Source: an uncultured Aquificales bacterium (GTDB taxonomy: Bacteria > Thermosulfidibacterota > Thermosulfidibacteria > Thermosulfidibacterales > Thermosulfidibacteraceae). From it: a stretch of DNA of 64,000 nt. The translations under genes and the position numbers were made by a program. Positions 23,905 through 33,408 of the stretch are shown piece after piece. Location: the NCBI GenBank assembly GCA_964411615.1, contig CAYPLO010000002.1, positions 1 to 64,000 of the forward strand, read 5' to 3'. Each line of letters opens with the position of its first letter. Position 1 is the first letter of the stretch. The notes beneath the pieces are model-generated. The model had not been told where the DNA came from, made no database searches, and saw only the letters and a program-made list of their open reading frames with translations.

Positions 23905-24464
23905 ACTTTGGGAACCCTCCTGAGCCTTATCCCCTTCTCCCGCTGGAAGAAGTCCACAGACTCCCTTATGGCGGACAGGAGCCTCACCTCCCCCTGGGAC
24001 TCGCAGAGCCTGCCCACCATAGCCCTCACCTTCAGCAGGTCCTGACGGGGATAGTCCTCACAGGGGATAACAGAGATGGAGACGGTGGGCTTGCCGAAGT
24101 GTCCGTTTATTCTGTCCATACCTTCCTTAAGCTGTTCAAGCATAACATCACAGGTGTAGCACCTGTCGGCTCCCCTAGTGCATGCCATAAGGTAGTGGAC
24201 ACCCAGAGGGTACTCTTCCGTGGAGAGCACCTTGTTGTAGATGTACTTTCTGGCAAACTCCAGGTCCTCCTCCTCCACCCTGAGGCACGCCACCTCCCTC
24301 TCATTGAGAAACTGAGCCACCCACTGCCTCCAGGGCTCCTCAAGGTTGTGAACCTCAGCGATAACCAGGTCAGACACCACAAGCTCAACAGTATATAGCT
24401 CGTCAAAGGAGGAGGCCTCCTTGGCCATGGCGAGAAGAAGGGAGGTCTCTACGTAAGCCTTCAT
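23901..24464 (-). CDS. PIN-domain-like protein with C-terminal extension
   Basis: N-terminal AYVETS, VSDLVIAEV and YTCD match the layout of PIN motifs. Confidence 0.5.
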   Translation of the reverse strand: MKAYVETSLLLAMAKEASSFDELYTVELVVSDLVIAEVHNLEEPWRQWVAQFLNEREVACLRVEEEDLEFARKYIYNKVLSTEEYPLGVHYLMACTRGADRCYTCDVMLEQLKEGMDRINGHFGKPTVSISVIPCEDYPRQDLLKVRAMVGRLCESQGEVRLLSAIRESVDFFQREKGIRLRRVPKV

Positions 24465-25009
24465 CTCTTCCTCCTGGAGAATCCGTAGCTTCCCACAACC
24501 TTCATGCCCGCCACGTACTCGCCGGTTACGGGCACATAACCAAGGGGGTTCAGGGCATCCACAGACTCCTCAATCCCCTCGGTGATATAGACCTCAACAA
24601 CCTCCCCTATAAACAGGGTATGCACCCCCAGCTCCAATCTTTCCTTCACCCTGCACTCTATGTTCACAGGACACTCCTTTATCAGGGGCACCCCCGTCTT
24701 CTCCCCCTCAAACACGGTGAAGTTGCACAGCTTGAACTTATCAACATCCCTTCCGCTAACTACACCGCAGGTGTCCACCTTCTCCACCATATCCGCAGTG
24801 GGGACGTTGATTCCAAAGACCCCTTCCTCGTCTATCAACCTGTAGGAATACCTCTTGGGCCTTATGGAGATACCCACCTGCGGCGGGCTGGAACACACCA
24901 CCCCACACCAAGCAACGGTTATTATGTTGGGCTTATCCCTCCCACATGTCACCAGCACACAGGGAGTGGGGAAAAGATAAGACTCCTGGGCTCCGAGCCC
25001 CTTCTTCAT
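24461..25009 (-). CDS. Flavin reductase / flavoredoxin family protein
   Basis: PNIITVAW, RYSY, CGVVSGRDVDK, ECPVNIEC, HTLFIGEV. Confidence 0.88.
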   Translation of the reverse strand: MKKGLGAQESYLFPTPCVLVTCGRDKPNIITVAWCGVVCSSPPQVGISIRPKRYSYRLIDEEGVFGINVPTADMVEKVDTCGVVSGRDVDKFKLCNFTVFEGEKTGVPLIKECPVNIECRVKERLELGVHTLFIGEVVEVYITEGIEESVDALNPLGYVPVTGEYVAGMKVVGSYGFSRRKR

Positions 25010-25061
25010 GGCTTGCCTCCCTCACCTTTTTGTGCAACTAATCCCTCCGGAGGTTAAAGTA

Positions 25062-26132
25062 ATGGAAAGATACATAGTAAATCAACTGCTAAACTTGGTA
25101 TCCATACCGAGCGTTACGGGACAGGAGGGAGAGATTCTCTTCTACATAGAAGAAGAACTGACCTCCGAAGATATCCCCTTTGAGAGGCAGAGGATAGAGG
25201 GGGGATGGTACAACCTGCTGGTGGGAGAGACGGAAAAACCCAAGCTTGTCATAGCCGCCCATGTTGATACTGTCCCACCCTGGGACAACATGCCCCCCAA
25301 GCCTGTGGTGGAAGGGAATCACATAAAGGGGCTTGGAGCCGCCGATGATAAGGCGGGGGTGGCTGTTATGCTGGCTCTGGCCTCAGAGTTCGGTGAACAG
25401 CTAAAAGAGAGGTCGGTTCTTCTGGCCTTCCTGGTGGACGAGGAGAAGACGGGGATGGGGTCATGGACCCTCGTTCAGGAGATAGAGGCAGATGGAGCCG
25501 TTGTGATAGAGCCCACATCCTTACAGATATGCGCCTTTGAAGCAGGCTCCTTAGAGCTGGTGGTGGAGGTGGAGGGAAAGGCCGCCCACGGCTCGTGTGT
25601 TGAGGAAGGTGAAAACAGCATACACAAAGCTATTGACATCATATCCGGCTTCTCCAAGCTATCCTTTGTGGGCAAAGACTTTCCCGGGATAGGTAAAAGC
25701 ACATACAGCGTAATGTCCATAAACAGCGGAGACTTTGAGCTGAGAATCCCCCAGAGATGCACGTTCATGGTGGACTTTAGGCTGTCCCCCGATGAAGATG
25801 TGGAGAAAGCCGTTGATGAGCTCACAGGTTACCTGAGGGACAAAGGGGCAAAATACAGATTCGTGGATATATCACCGGGATACGTCCTGCCCGAGGAGAC
25901 AGAGGTTCTGAGCCTGATGAAGGAAGCCTACAGAAGGGCCCTTGCGCAGCCTCCCGTGGTGGGAGGCATGAAGAGCTGGACCGACGCCGAACACTTCGTA
26001 AGGGAAGGTATACCTGCGGTGGTGTTCGGCCCTGGAGAGCTGTGGCTGTGCCACACGCCTCAGGAGATGGTCCCCACACAGCAGGTGATAGACTGCTACA
26101 GAGTCCTCAAGAAGCTCATAGAGTTGGTGTGA
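25062..26132 (+). CDS. M20 family metallo-hydrolase (ArgE/DapE-like)
   Basis: AHVDTV, GLGAADDKAG, DEE, EP, GPG...CHTPQE; start moved to ATG 25062 behind GGAGG. Confidence 0.88.
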   Translation: MERYIVNQLLNLVSIPSVTGQEGEILFYIEEELTSEDIPFERQRIEGGWYNLLVGETEKPKLVIAAHVDTVPPWDNMPPKPVVEGNHIKGLGAADDKAGVAVMLALASEFGEQLKERSVLLAFLVDEEKTGMGSWTLVQEIEADGAVVIEPTSLQICAFEAGSLELVVEVEGKAAHGSCVEEGENSIHKAIDIISGFSKLSFVGKDFPGIGKSTYSVMSINSGDFELRIPQRCTFMVDFRLSPDEDVEKAVDELTGYLRDKGAKYRFVDISPGYVLPEETEVLSLMKEAYRRALAQPPVVGGMKSWTDAEHFVREGIPAVVFGPGELWLCHTPQEMVPTQQVIDCYRVLKKLIELV

Positions 26133-26136
26133 GGTG

Positions 26137-26165
26137 TTGACTTTGCGGAAACCTTGTTTTAACAT
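26137..26165 (+). promoter_or_regulatory. Putative sigma70 promoter for the IclR gene
   Basis: TTGACT-17 nt-TAACAT. Confidence 0.6.
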
Positions 26166-26198
26166 CGCCAGAAAGAAAAAGCGGATTGGAGCTGAGGG

Positions 26199-27020
26199 AT
26201 GGTGAGGAAGAGGGAGAAGACGAGATATTTAATCCAGTCGGTCTCAAATGCATGTGATATACTTGAATGTTTCTCCTTAGATGAGGAGGAGATAGGGATA
26301 AACGAACTGGTGAAACAGCTGGGGCTTAATAAAATGCAGGTTCAAAGACTGCTCACCACCCTGGAATACAGGGGGTTCGTGGAGAAGAGCAGGATAACGG
26401 GAAGCTATAAACTGGGGCTGAAGATATTTGAGCTTGGAGAGGTGTACACCAGAAGGCTCCAGATATTCAAGAAGGCGAAGCCCGTGCTGGAGAGCATAGT
26501 GGCCCAGTGCAACGAGACAGCGTATCTGGGCGACCTCAGGGGGGAGTATGTGGTCTACCTCATGGCCGAGGAGACAACAAGGCCTGTGAGGGTCATATCA
26601 AGGGTGGGAACGCGATTCAGACCCCACTCCACTGCTCTGGGCAAGGCGATACTGGCCTTCGTGGACGAGTCGGTGGTTGACCAGATATACCCCGAGGAGG
26701 AGCTTCCCACGTATACCGAGAACACCATAAAGACAAAAACCCAGCTGAAGGAAGAACTGAGCAGGGTAAGAGAACTTGGATACGCCATAGACCTTGAGGA
26801 GACGGAATACGGCGTGAACTGCGTGGGGGTCCCCATATTCAACTACACCACAAAGGTGATAGCGGGCATCTCCATATCCGGACCTGTAACGAGATTCAGC
26901 AGGGAGCGCATAGAGAACGAGCTGGTTCCGGTGGTAAAGGAGGCGGGCAAGAAACTCTCCGAAATCATGGGCTACGAGATAGGCAAGAAGGTGAAGGAGA
27001 AGGTGGGAGAGCTGCTCTAA
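26199..27020 (+). CDS. IclR family transcriptional regulator
   Basis: IQSV..ILE HTH, YKLG, HSTALGKAILA, GYAIDLEE, ISISGP. Confidence 0.93.
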   Translation: MVRKREKTRYLIQSVSNACDILECFSLDEEEIGINELVKQLGLNKMQVQRLLTTLEYRGFVEKSRITGSYKLGLKIFELGEVYTRRLQIFKKAKPVLESIVAQCNETAYLGDLRGEYVVYLMAEETTRPVRVISRVGTRFRPHSTALGKAILAFVDESVVDQIYPEEELPTYTENTIKTKTQLKEELSRVRELGYAIDLEETEYGVNCVGVPIFNYTTKVIAGISISGPVTRFSRERIENELVPVVKEAGKKLSEIMGYEIGKKVKEKVGELL

Positions 27021-27021
27021 A

Positions 27022-27990
27022 TCAGAAAGGAGACCTGCTGTAGAGGGTGTAGATGAATCTGGCCCTTATGCGGAGTTCTTTTTCTGTCCAGTCTCTGGGG
27101 AAAGGGCCGAAGGGAGCGGCGGCTATTATGGCCTGAACGGCGGCCTTGTCCAGTATTGAGTAGCCCGAAGACTCAAGGACCCTAACATCCTTCAGAGAAC
27201 CGTCCCTGTCTATAACGAACAGTATCCTCACAACCCCTGATATGCCCGCAGCGGCAGCCTCAGGGGGGTACCTCCAGACTAAGTATATCTTGTCCCTAAT
27301 GTGCTTAAAGTAGGAGATGTACTTTGAGGCGGTGGTGTCCAGAGATATCTCCACAGACTCCCCCTCCCCCATCTGGGGAACTATCTTCCTGCTCTCTTTG
27401 CTGACCAGCCTGGGGTCTATCAGGGGTATCTTCCTCTTGGGAACAGGAGGAAGGGGTATTCTAACCACCTTCTGCTTAACCTCAAGTTTGGCAGTCTTCT
27501 TCTTAGCACCCCTTTTCGAGCTCTTACCTTTCTTAGCGAGAGATTTCTTCTTCCCTTTTTTATTAGCCACACCGGTCTTCTTGTTCTTAGCCAGCTTTTT
27601 TCCAAACTTTTCTCCTTTGGCCTTCTCTTTTCTCTGAACTACACCTCTTGGAGCCGGCAGAACCTCAAATGGTGCACCCCACTTGGGCTTGAGGACAGGA
27701 GCGGAACCGGATAGCATAGACTTCTCCTGCTTTCCCAGCGGTCCCTTCTTCCTCATTGTGTACTGAGATATTATTGGAGTATTCTTCTCCTTAGGCGTCT
27801 CTCTATTCTTAGGTTTTGGAACGTCAAGTATCTTGACGTATACGATTCTCTCCCTCTTCTTGAAAGCTTTTTTAAGAGCAGAGAAGGGTTCTGGTAGGTT
27901 GAGAAGATAACTGAGGAACAAAAACAGAAAATAGTGCAAAAGAAGGGAAAGACCGATAAATACCGCCTTTCTCCCTGCATCCTCTGCCAT
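27022..27990 (-). CDS. TonB/TolA family energy transducer
   Basis: TM with SLLLH, Lys-rich linker, C-terminal W.YPPEA...G.V.I.F.I..DG...SSGYSILDKAA. Confidence 0.85.
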   Translation of the reverse strand: MAEDAGRKAVFIGLSLLLHYFLFLFLSYLLNLPEPFSALKKAFKKRERIVYVKILDVPKPKNRETPKEKNTPIISQYTMRKKGPLGKQEKSMLSGSAPVLKPKWGAPFEVLPAPRGVVQRKEKAKGEKFGKKLAKNKKTGVANKKGKKKSLAKKGKSSKRGAKKKTAKLEVKQKVVRIPLPPVPKRKIPLIDPRLVSKESRKIVPQMGEGESVEISLDTTASKYISYFKHIRDKIYLVWRYPPEAAAAGISGVVRILFVIDRDGSLKDVRVLESSGYSILDKAAVQAIIAAAPFGPFPRDWTEKELRIRARFIYTLYSRSPF

Positions 27991-28929
27991 TCAAAACCTT
28001 CCCCTCACATAGAGAGCGCCTATGTAAGCAATATACACCGCAAGGAGAGAAAGGCCAGCGATACGACCAACTCCACCTTTAAACTTCAGTATCACCAGAA
28101 GATAGAGGGACAGGAGAAACATGAGGGGTATGTCAAGGGATACGAGACGAGGGTCCACAGGAACTCCCTTTGCGAGGGCAAGGGGACCTATTATGAAGAG
28201 TATGTTGAGTATGTTGCTGCCCACCACATTACCAACCGCCATATCCCCCTTTCCCTTAACCACCGCAGCCACACTTGAGGCAAGCTCCGGCAGAGAAGTG
28301 CCAAGGGCAACCAGACTCAGGCCTATAACGGTCTCACTGACCCCGAGAACCCTGGCTATCTCCACCGCTGCCCTCACAAAGACCTCGGAGCCCACAAGCA
28401 AAGCGGCAAGGCCACCTACAAGGGATACCACAGGAGGAAACCTGTGAAGCTCCACGGACTCCTCCTCAGGAACCCTCTTAACCACAAAAGCGAAGTAGTA
28501 GATGAAGCCTGCAAGGGCAAGCAGGAATACAGCACCTTCAATCCTCCCTACAACACCATTTGAGGCGAATAGCCACATAAGGGCAGCAGAAAGGACCATG
28601 AGGGGAACCTCAAACCTGAAGGCATCCCTGTCGCAGGGAAGATTACCGAACAGAGAGGAAAGCCCTAAAATCAGTGAAATATTGCATATATTGCTGCCCA
28701 CCACATTTCCCACAGAGATACCGGAGCTACCTTTGATAAGGGCAACTAAGCTCACAAAGAACTCGGGAAGGGAAGTTCCCAGGGCCACCACAGTGACACC
28801 AACAACCAGCTGGCTGACCCCCACCCTCCTGGCGAGGGATGCGGCGCCGTCCACAAAATAAGAGGCGCCTCCACACAAAAGGGAGGCGCCCACAACCAGC
28901 AGGAGAAGCTGAAGCAGTATATGGGCCAT
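27991..28929 (-). CDS. Calcium/sodium antiporter (YrbG family)
   Basis: Two GTSLPE repeats and two GNVVGSNI repeats. Confidence 0.92.
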   Translation of the reverse strand: MAHILLQLLLLVVGASLLCGGASYFVDGAASLARRVGVSQLVVGVTVVALGTSLPEFFVSLVALIKGSSGISVGNVVGSNICNISLILGLSSLFGNLPCDRDAFRFEVPLMVLSAALMWLFASNGVVGRIEGAVFLLALAGFIYYFAFVVKRVPEEESVELHRFPPVVSLVGGLAALLVGSEVFVRAAVEIARVLGVSETVIGLSLVALGTSLPELASSVAAVVKGKGDMAVGNVVGSNILNILFIIGPLALAKGVPVDPRLVSLDIPLMFLLSLYLLVILKFKGGVGRIAGLSLLAVYIAYIGALYVRGRF

Positions 28930-29360
28930 TAGCCCTCTATCTTTATTATCTCCTTGAGAAGACCAAAGAGCTTCTTATGCCTTATCTCATCCTCAAGGAT
29001 GTCCTCATAAAGCTTCTTCGTCTTCTCATCTCCCTCCTCTTCGCATACCTTGATATGCCTTCTGTACATCTCTATGGCCTCTTCCTCCACCGCTATGTCG
29101 GCATCCAGCATCTTCTGAAAGTCAAACTCCCACACAACTTTGCTGGCAACTGTGCTCTCCCTACCCCCAAGCTCAACTACCCTCTTGGAGAACTTCTCCG
29201 CATGTTTCATCTCATCAACGGCTATACGCTCAAGAAGCTCCCTGGCTATGGGATGCGTATCCTTGGGAAACCTGTAGTGCTGGCCCATGTACTGAAAGAC
29301 AGCCCCTATCTCCCTCTCAATGGCCTCGTTCAGTATTGATATGATTCTCTCCTTGTTCAT
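28929..29360 (-). CDS. Ferritin-like / bacterioferritin-type diiron protein
   Basis: E..A..QY, DEMKHA (includes the Bfr heme-ligand Met position), EEEAIEMY, EDEIRH. Confidence 0.85.
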   Translation of the reverse strand: MNKERIISILNEAIEREIGAVFQYMGQHYRFPKDTHPIARELLERIAVDEMKHAEKFSKRVVELGGRESTVASKVVWEFDFQKMLDADIAVEEEAIEMYRRHIKVCEEEGDEKTKKLYEDILEDEIRHKKLFGLLKEIIKIEG

Positions 29361-29361
29361 A

Positions 29362-30123
29362 CTACACCTCCAGAAGCGTTTTTATTTTCTCTTTTATAAC
29401 AGAGTTGGAAGCCAAAAGCCATCCATCAATGGGCCTTCTCCCCAGCAACCCCTCAACCACACCACCTGCCTCCTCAACCATCAGTATCCCAGGAGCCACA
29501 TCCCAAGGGGAAAGGTAGAAGTAGACAGCTGCATCGTACCTGCCACAGGCCACATAGGCCAAATCAAGAGCCGCAGAACCCGTGTGTCGGGATGCAGCGG
29601 CAGCCAGAAATATGCTCCTGTATAGGGATACCTGCACATCCACCAGTTCTCTGCCCCTGTAGGGTAGCCCTATGGCTATGAGAGCCCTGGACAGCTCAGC
29701 ATTCTCAGACACCCTGACCCTCTCGCCATTCAGGAAGGTCCCTCTGCCCCTCTGGGCCTCAAACAGCTCACCCTTAACGGGGTCATAGGTGACCCCACAT
29801 AAAACTTCCCCCCTGTTTACGAAGGCTATGTTTACGGCAAAATGGGGGTTACCCCTCATGAAGTTTCTTGTGCCGTCAACGGGGTCCACAAGAAGGCACG
29901 TGTCGGGCAACCTTCCCTCAAAGGACTCCTCTCCAACAACCGGAATGCCGGTATCAGAGAGGGCATCCTTTATAAATGCCTCAACCTCCACATCCACCCT
30001 CGTGACGAAGTCACTCTTGGCCTTCTCCCTAACCTCAAGAGAACCACCGTTCAGCAGCTCCAGGAACCTTATATGCAGGATACGTCCTGCCCTTACAGCA
30101 ACATCCTTTATCAGGTTCAGCAT
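29362..30123 (-). CDS. suhB: Inositol monophosphatase family protein
   Basis: DFVT, GEE, VDPVDGTRNF, GSAALDL, PWDVA. Confidence 0.88.
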   Translation of the reverse strand: MLNLIKDVAVRAGRILHIRFLELLNGGSLEVREKAKSDFVTRVDVEVEAFIKDALSDTGIPVVGEESFEGRLPDTCLLVDPVDGTRNFMRGNPHFAVNIAFVNRGEVLCGVTYDPVKGELFEAQRGRGTFLNGERVRVSENAELSRALIAIGLPYRGRELVDVQVSLYRSIFLAAAASRHTGSAALDLAYVACGRYDAAVYFYLSPWDVAPGILMVEEAGGVVEGLLGRRPIDGWLLASNSVIKEKIKTLLEV

Positions 30124-31619
30124 ACCAGCGCCCTCACCTTGTAATGCTCTTGGTGATAACTTGGAACCTCCTGCACCCTTATCTTGACCTCAAGCTCTCT
30201 CTCAAGGGCCTCAAGGGAATCGTTCTCCTCCTCTATCATAAACTTGGCCACCTCCGGATGGGCCTCAACAAATATGAGATTCCTTCCGGGATTCTGGGCC
30301 TTCACCTTCCTTATCTCCCTGAATATCTCGTAGCAGACCGTGGCAGGAGGCTTCACCAATCCCCTTCCCGAACAGTAGGGGCAGGTGCTGCACAGGGTTT
30401 TCAGTAGGCTCTCCTTCACCCTTTTTCTTGTCATTATGACCAGCCCCAGCTCGGTAAAGCCCTGTATATTTGAAGGGTACCTGTCCCTTTTGAGATGCTC
30501 CTGAAGGACCCTCAACACCTCCTGCCTGTGCTCCTCCTGCTCCATGTCTATAAAGTCCACTATGATTATGCCCCCTATGTTCCTAAGCCTTATCTGATGG
30601 GCTATCTCCCTGGCAGCCTCAAGGTTGGTCTGGTATATGGTCTCCTCAAGATTGCTCCTTCCCACAAACTTACCCGTGTTCACATCTATAGCGGTGAGGG
30701 CCTCCGTCTCCTCTATCACAATGTAGCCCCCCGACTTGAGCCAGACCTTCTTCTCAAGGGCCTTCTGTATCTCCTCCTCAACCCCGAACCTGTGGAACAT
30801 GGGCACAGGGTCAGTGTAAAGCTTTATCTTGCCAACAGCCTTTGGCACGTAAGATGAGGCAAACTCCACGCACTCTTCGTAAGCCTTCCGGTCGTCCACC
30901 AGCACCTCGGCGGTGTCTGTGGTGAAGAAATCCCGGAGGGCCCTTAGGTGCAGACTCAAATCCGAGTACAGAAGCCTGGGAGCCGAAGACTCCTCAGCCT
31001 TCTTCCTTATTGAGTTCCACAGGTTTAGCAAGTACTCCATATCAGCCCTGAGCTGCTCCTCACTCTTACCCTCACTCACCGTCCTGACGATAAAGCCGTA
31101 CCCCTTAGGCCTTATGGAATCCACCACCTCCTTAAGGCGCTTTCTCTCCTCCTTATCCGTTATCCTGTGGGACACGCCTATGTGGGTCATGGTGGGCATA
31201 AGTATAAGGTACCTTCCAGGCAGGGTTATGTGTGAGGTGAGCTTGGGCCCCTTTGTTCCAAGGGGCTCCTTGGCAACCTGAACTATGACCTCCTGCCCCT
31301 CCTGGAGGATGTCCTCTATGGGCACCCCCTTGGGCACCCTCTTGGGCATCTGGGCATCCTCTACTAAGTCGGAAAAGTCCTCCGCCAGGTCCACTAAGGA
31401 GACCTCGCTCACATACAAAAAACCCGCCCTGCCAACCCCTATATCAACAAAGGCGGCATCCATACCGGGTAGCACCTTAACCACCCTGCCCTTGTATATG
31501 TTGCCCGCTATGGTCCTCTCCCTCTTCCTCTCAACGTAGACCTCGGCGCAACCCGCATCCTCCACAATGGCAACCCTGGTCTCCTTAAGGTCCACGTTTA
31601 TCAGTATCCTCTCACCCAT
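30117..31619 (-). CDS. rng: Ribonuclease G (Rne/Rng family)
   Basis: GNIYKGRV S1 domain, IDVNTG, RLRNIGGII.DFIDM, CPYCSGRG. Confidence 0.93.
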   Translation of the reverse strand: MGERILINVDLKETRVAIVEDAGCAEVYVERKRERTIAGNIYKGRVVKVLPGMDAAFVDIGVGRAGFLYVSEVSLVDLAEDFSDLVEDAQMPKRVPKGVPIEDILQEGQEVIVQVAKEPLGTKGPKLTSHITLPGRYLILMPTMTHIGVSHRITDKEERKRLKEVVDSIRPKGYGFIVRTVSEGKSEEQLRADMEYLLNLWNSIRKKAEESSAPRLLYSDLSLHLRALRDFFTTDTAEVLVDDRKAYEECVEFASSYVPKAVGKIKLYTDPVPMFHRFGVEEEIQKALEKKVWLKSGGYIVIEETEALTAIDVNTGKFVGRSNLEETIYQTNLEAAREIAHQIRLRNIGGIIIVDFIDMEQEEHRQEVLRVLQEHLKRDRYPSNIQGFTELGLVIMTRKRVKESLLKTLCSTCPYCSGRGLVKPPATVCYEIFREIRKVKAQNPGRNLIFVEAHPEVAKFMIEEENDSLEALERELEVKIRVQEVPSYHQEHYKVRALVC

Positions 31620-32072
31620 TCAGCGAAGCCTCCTGAAAAAGGAACGGAGAAGTTGCACGCACTCATCTTCCATCACTCCCCCAACATAGTCAACCCTGTG
31701 GTTGAGCCCCTCAAGGTCAAAAGCCTGCATTAGACTAACCACCGCACCAAACTTTGGGTCACAGGCTCCGAAGAAGAGCCTCGGTATCCTGGCCTGAATG
31801 ATGGCGCCACAGCACATGAGGCAGGGCTCCACCGTCACAAACAGGGCACATCCCTCAAGTCGCCAGTCCCCAAAAGTTTGAGCAGCCTCTCTGATGGCCA
31901 CAATCTCCGCATGAGCGGTGGGGTCCTTGGTGCTCTCTTTGAGGTTGTGTCCCCTGCCTATAACCTCACCCTCAGGGGAGACCACCACAGCCCCTACAGG
32001 CACCTCACCCAAGGAGAAGGCTTTCCTGGCCTCCTCAAGGGCAAGGCGCATGTAGCCTTCAATGTTCATCAT
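31620..32072 (-). CDS. tadA: tRNA adenosine(34) deaminase
   Basis: EVPVGAV, DPTAHAE, EPCLMCCGA, DPKFGA. Confidence 0.93.
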   Translation of the reverse strand: MMNIEGYMRLALEEARKAFSLGEVPVGAVVVSPEGEVIGRGHNLKESTKDPTAHAEIVAIREAAQTFGDWRLEGCALFVTVEPCLMCCGAIIQARIPRLFFGACDPKFGAVVSLMQAFDLEGLNHRVDYVGGVMEDECVQLLRSFFRRLR

Positions 32073-33388
32073 CTCAGCATCTTTAAGAATCTTCTCGCCT
32101 TCTCCTCTATGAAGTCCCTCGTAAGTTTGACCTCCAGCTTTGGTCTCTTCACGTCTCCTCTTATCCTGACTTCAATAGGCACCCCTTTAACCTCAATCAG
32201 CACTGGCGCATCCACAGTATTCCTGTCTATCCAGTACCGGGCCTTCTCCGACTTAATGGAAGTGTGTGGCCCCCTCATGAACAGATTGAACACAACTAAG
32301 TTACCATTAATCGTTCCGTTAACAGTTGCATCCGCATAACGCTCCCTTGTGATATCAAAACCAGAAATGCTCCTTATCAGTTGCGTGAAGCGACTCGGAA
32401 CAAACCTTCCATCAACAAGATGTGCGTAGAAAGTCCCCTTCATGGTAGCAATATTGTAGTCAGCGTTAAGGTTAAGATGAGAATCAAAGAACTTTGGATA
32501 CATCAAGACATCAAATAGTTTAACAAGCTCCAAATCCTTAGCTTTAATCTTCGCATCCTGGTTAGCAATCTCCATCTGAATATAACCACCCAACCAGTGA
32601 GTATGGGCATCAACCTTCAAGTTCTGGTCTTTTTCAAAAGAGCCTTTAACAACGAGGGAGCCCCGCATGTGTCTTTTAGTGATAAAGTATAGCTTATCAA
32701 GGTCAGGGATGCTCACAGTATAAGAGCCAGAAGCTGAGTTGCTTGCAGGAGAAATCTTAAGGGGCTTAACATCAACTGCAATCGTTTTCTTATGGTCCTT
32801 GAAAAGTCCAATATGTGCATATCCAGATAAATATTCCTTACCAGAAAGATGGGATGTTAAAGAAACAACAGCGTCAAACTCAGGCTTCTCTCCAACAAGC
32901 CTCATTAACTTTTTAAGTCTGAATCCATCTCCCTTCAACTTTACAGTTCTAACATCATCAGAACTCTTCACATCATAATTCAGATAACCTCCAGCAAAGA
33001 GGGCCTTACCCTCAATCCTCGCTTTACCATCTCCAAGGGTAAGAGAGCCGGAATTAGCAAAACTGCCCTCTAAACTTCTTCCAGCAAGATGAGAAAAGAT
33101 AGAAATATTCTTGATTTTAGTGTCAAAGGTAAGCTGAAGTCTTTTGAAAAGTATATCATGGGTACCATTGATACTTAAAAGCTCATCATCACCATGCAAA
33201 ATATTAAGAGACACCCTGGAAGGAGTGAGCCTCAACTTAAGAGACACATCCATCATGAGAGCCGATTCAACCTTTCTCTCCAGAAACTTCGAAAGAATAC
33301 CGTTACCCCATGGCGTAAACAGAAGGAAGATGAACAAAAACAGAAACAACAAGAGTATTGTCAGCACTCCTAAAAGAATGCGCTTCAT
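32069..33388 (-). CDS. Hypothetical membrane-anchored beta-rich protein (AsmA-like)
   Basis: N-terminal TM ending LLFTPWGN, beta-strand-rich body, C-terminal I.I.GDV..PKL. Confidence 0.5.
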   Translation of the reverse strand: MKRILLGVLTILLLFLFLFIFLLFTPWGNGILSKFLERKVESALMMDVSLKLRLTPSRVSLNILHGDDELLSINGTHDILFKRLQLTFDTKIKNISIFSHLAGRSLEGSFANSGSLTLGDGKARIEGKALFAGGYLNYDVKSSDDVRTVKLKGDGFRLKKLMRLVGEKPEFDAVVSLTSHLSGKEYLSGYAHIGLFKDHKKTIAVDVKPLKISPASNSASGSYTVSIPDLDKLYFITKRHMRGSLVVKGSFEKDQNLKVDAHTHWLGGYIQMEIANQDAKIKAKDLELVKLFDVLMYPKFFDSHLNLNADYNIATMKGTFYAHLVDGRFVPSRFTQLIRSISGFDITRERYADATVNGTINGNLVVFNLFMRGPHTSIKSEKARYWIDRNTVDAPVLIEVKGVPIEVRIRGDVKRPKLEVKLTRDFIEEKARRFLKMLR

Positions 33389-33408
33389 AAGGATACCCCC
33401 CTTAAGAT

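Noticed and set aside
25044..25053. Palindrome CCTCCGGAGG over the M20 hydrolase SD
   Set aside because: No loop, so a poor hairpin; short enough to arise by chance next to GGAGG
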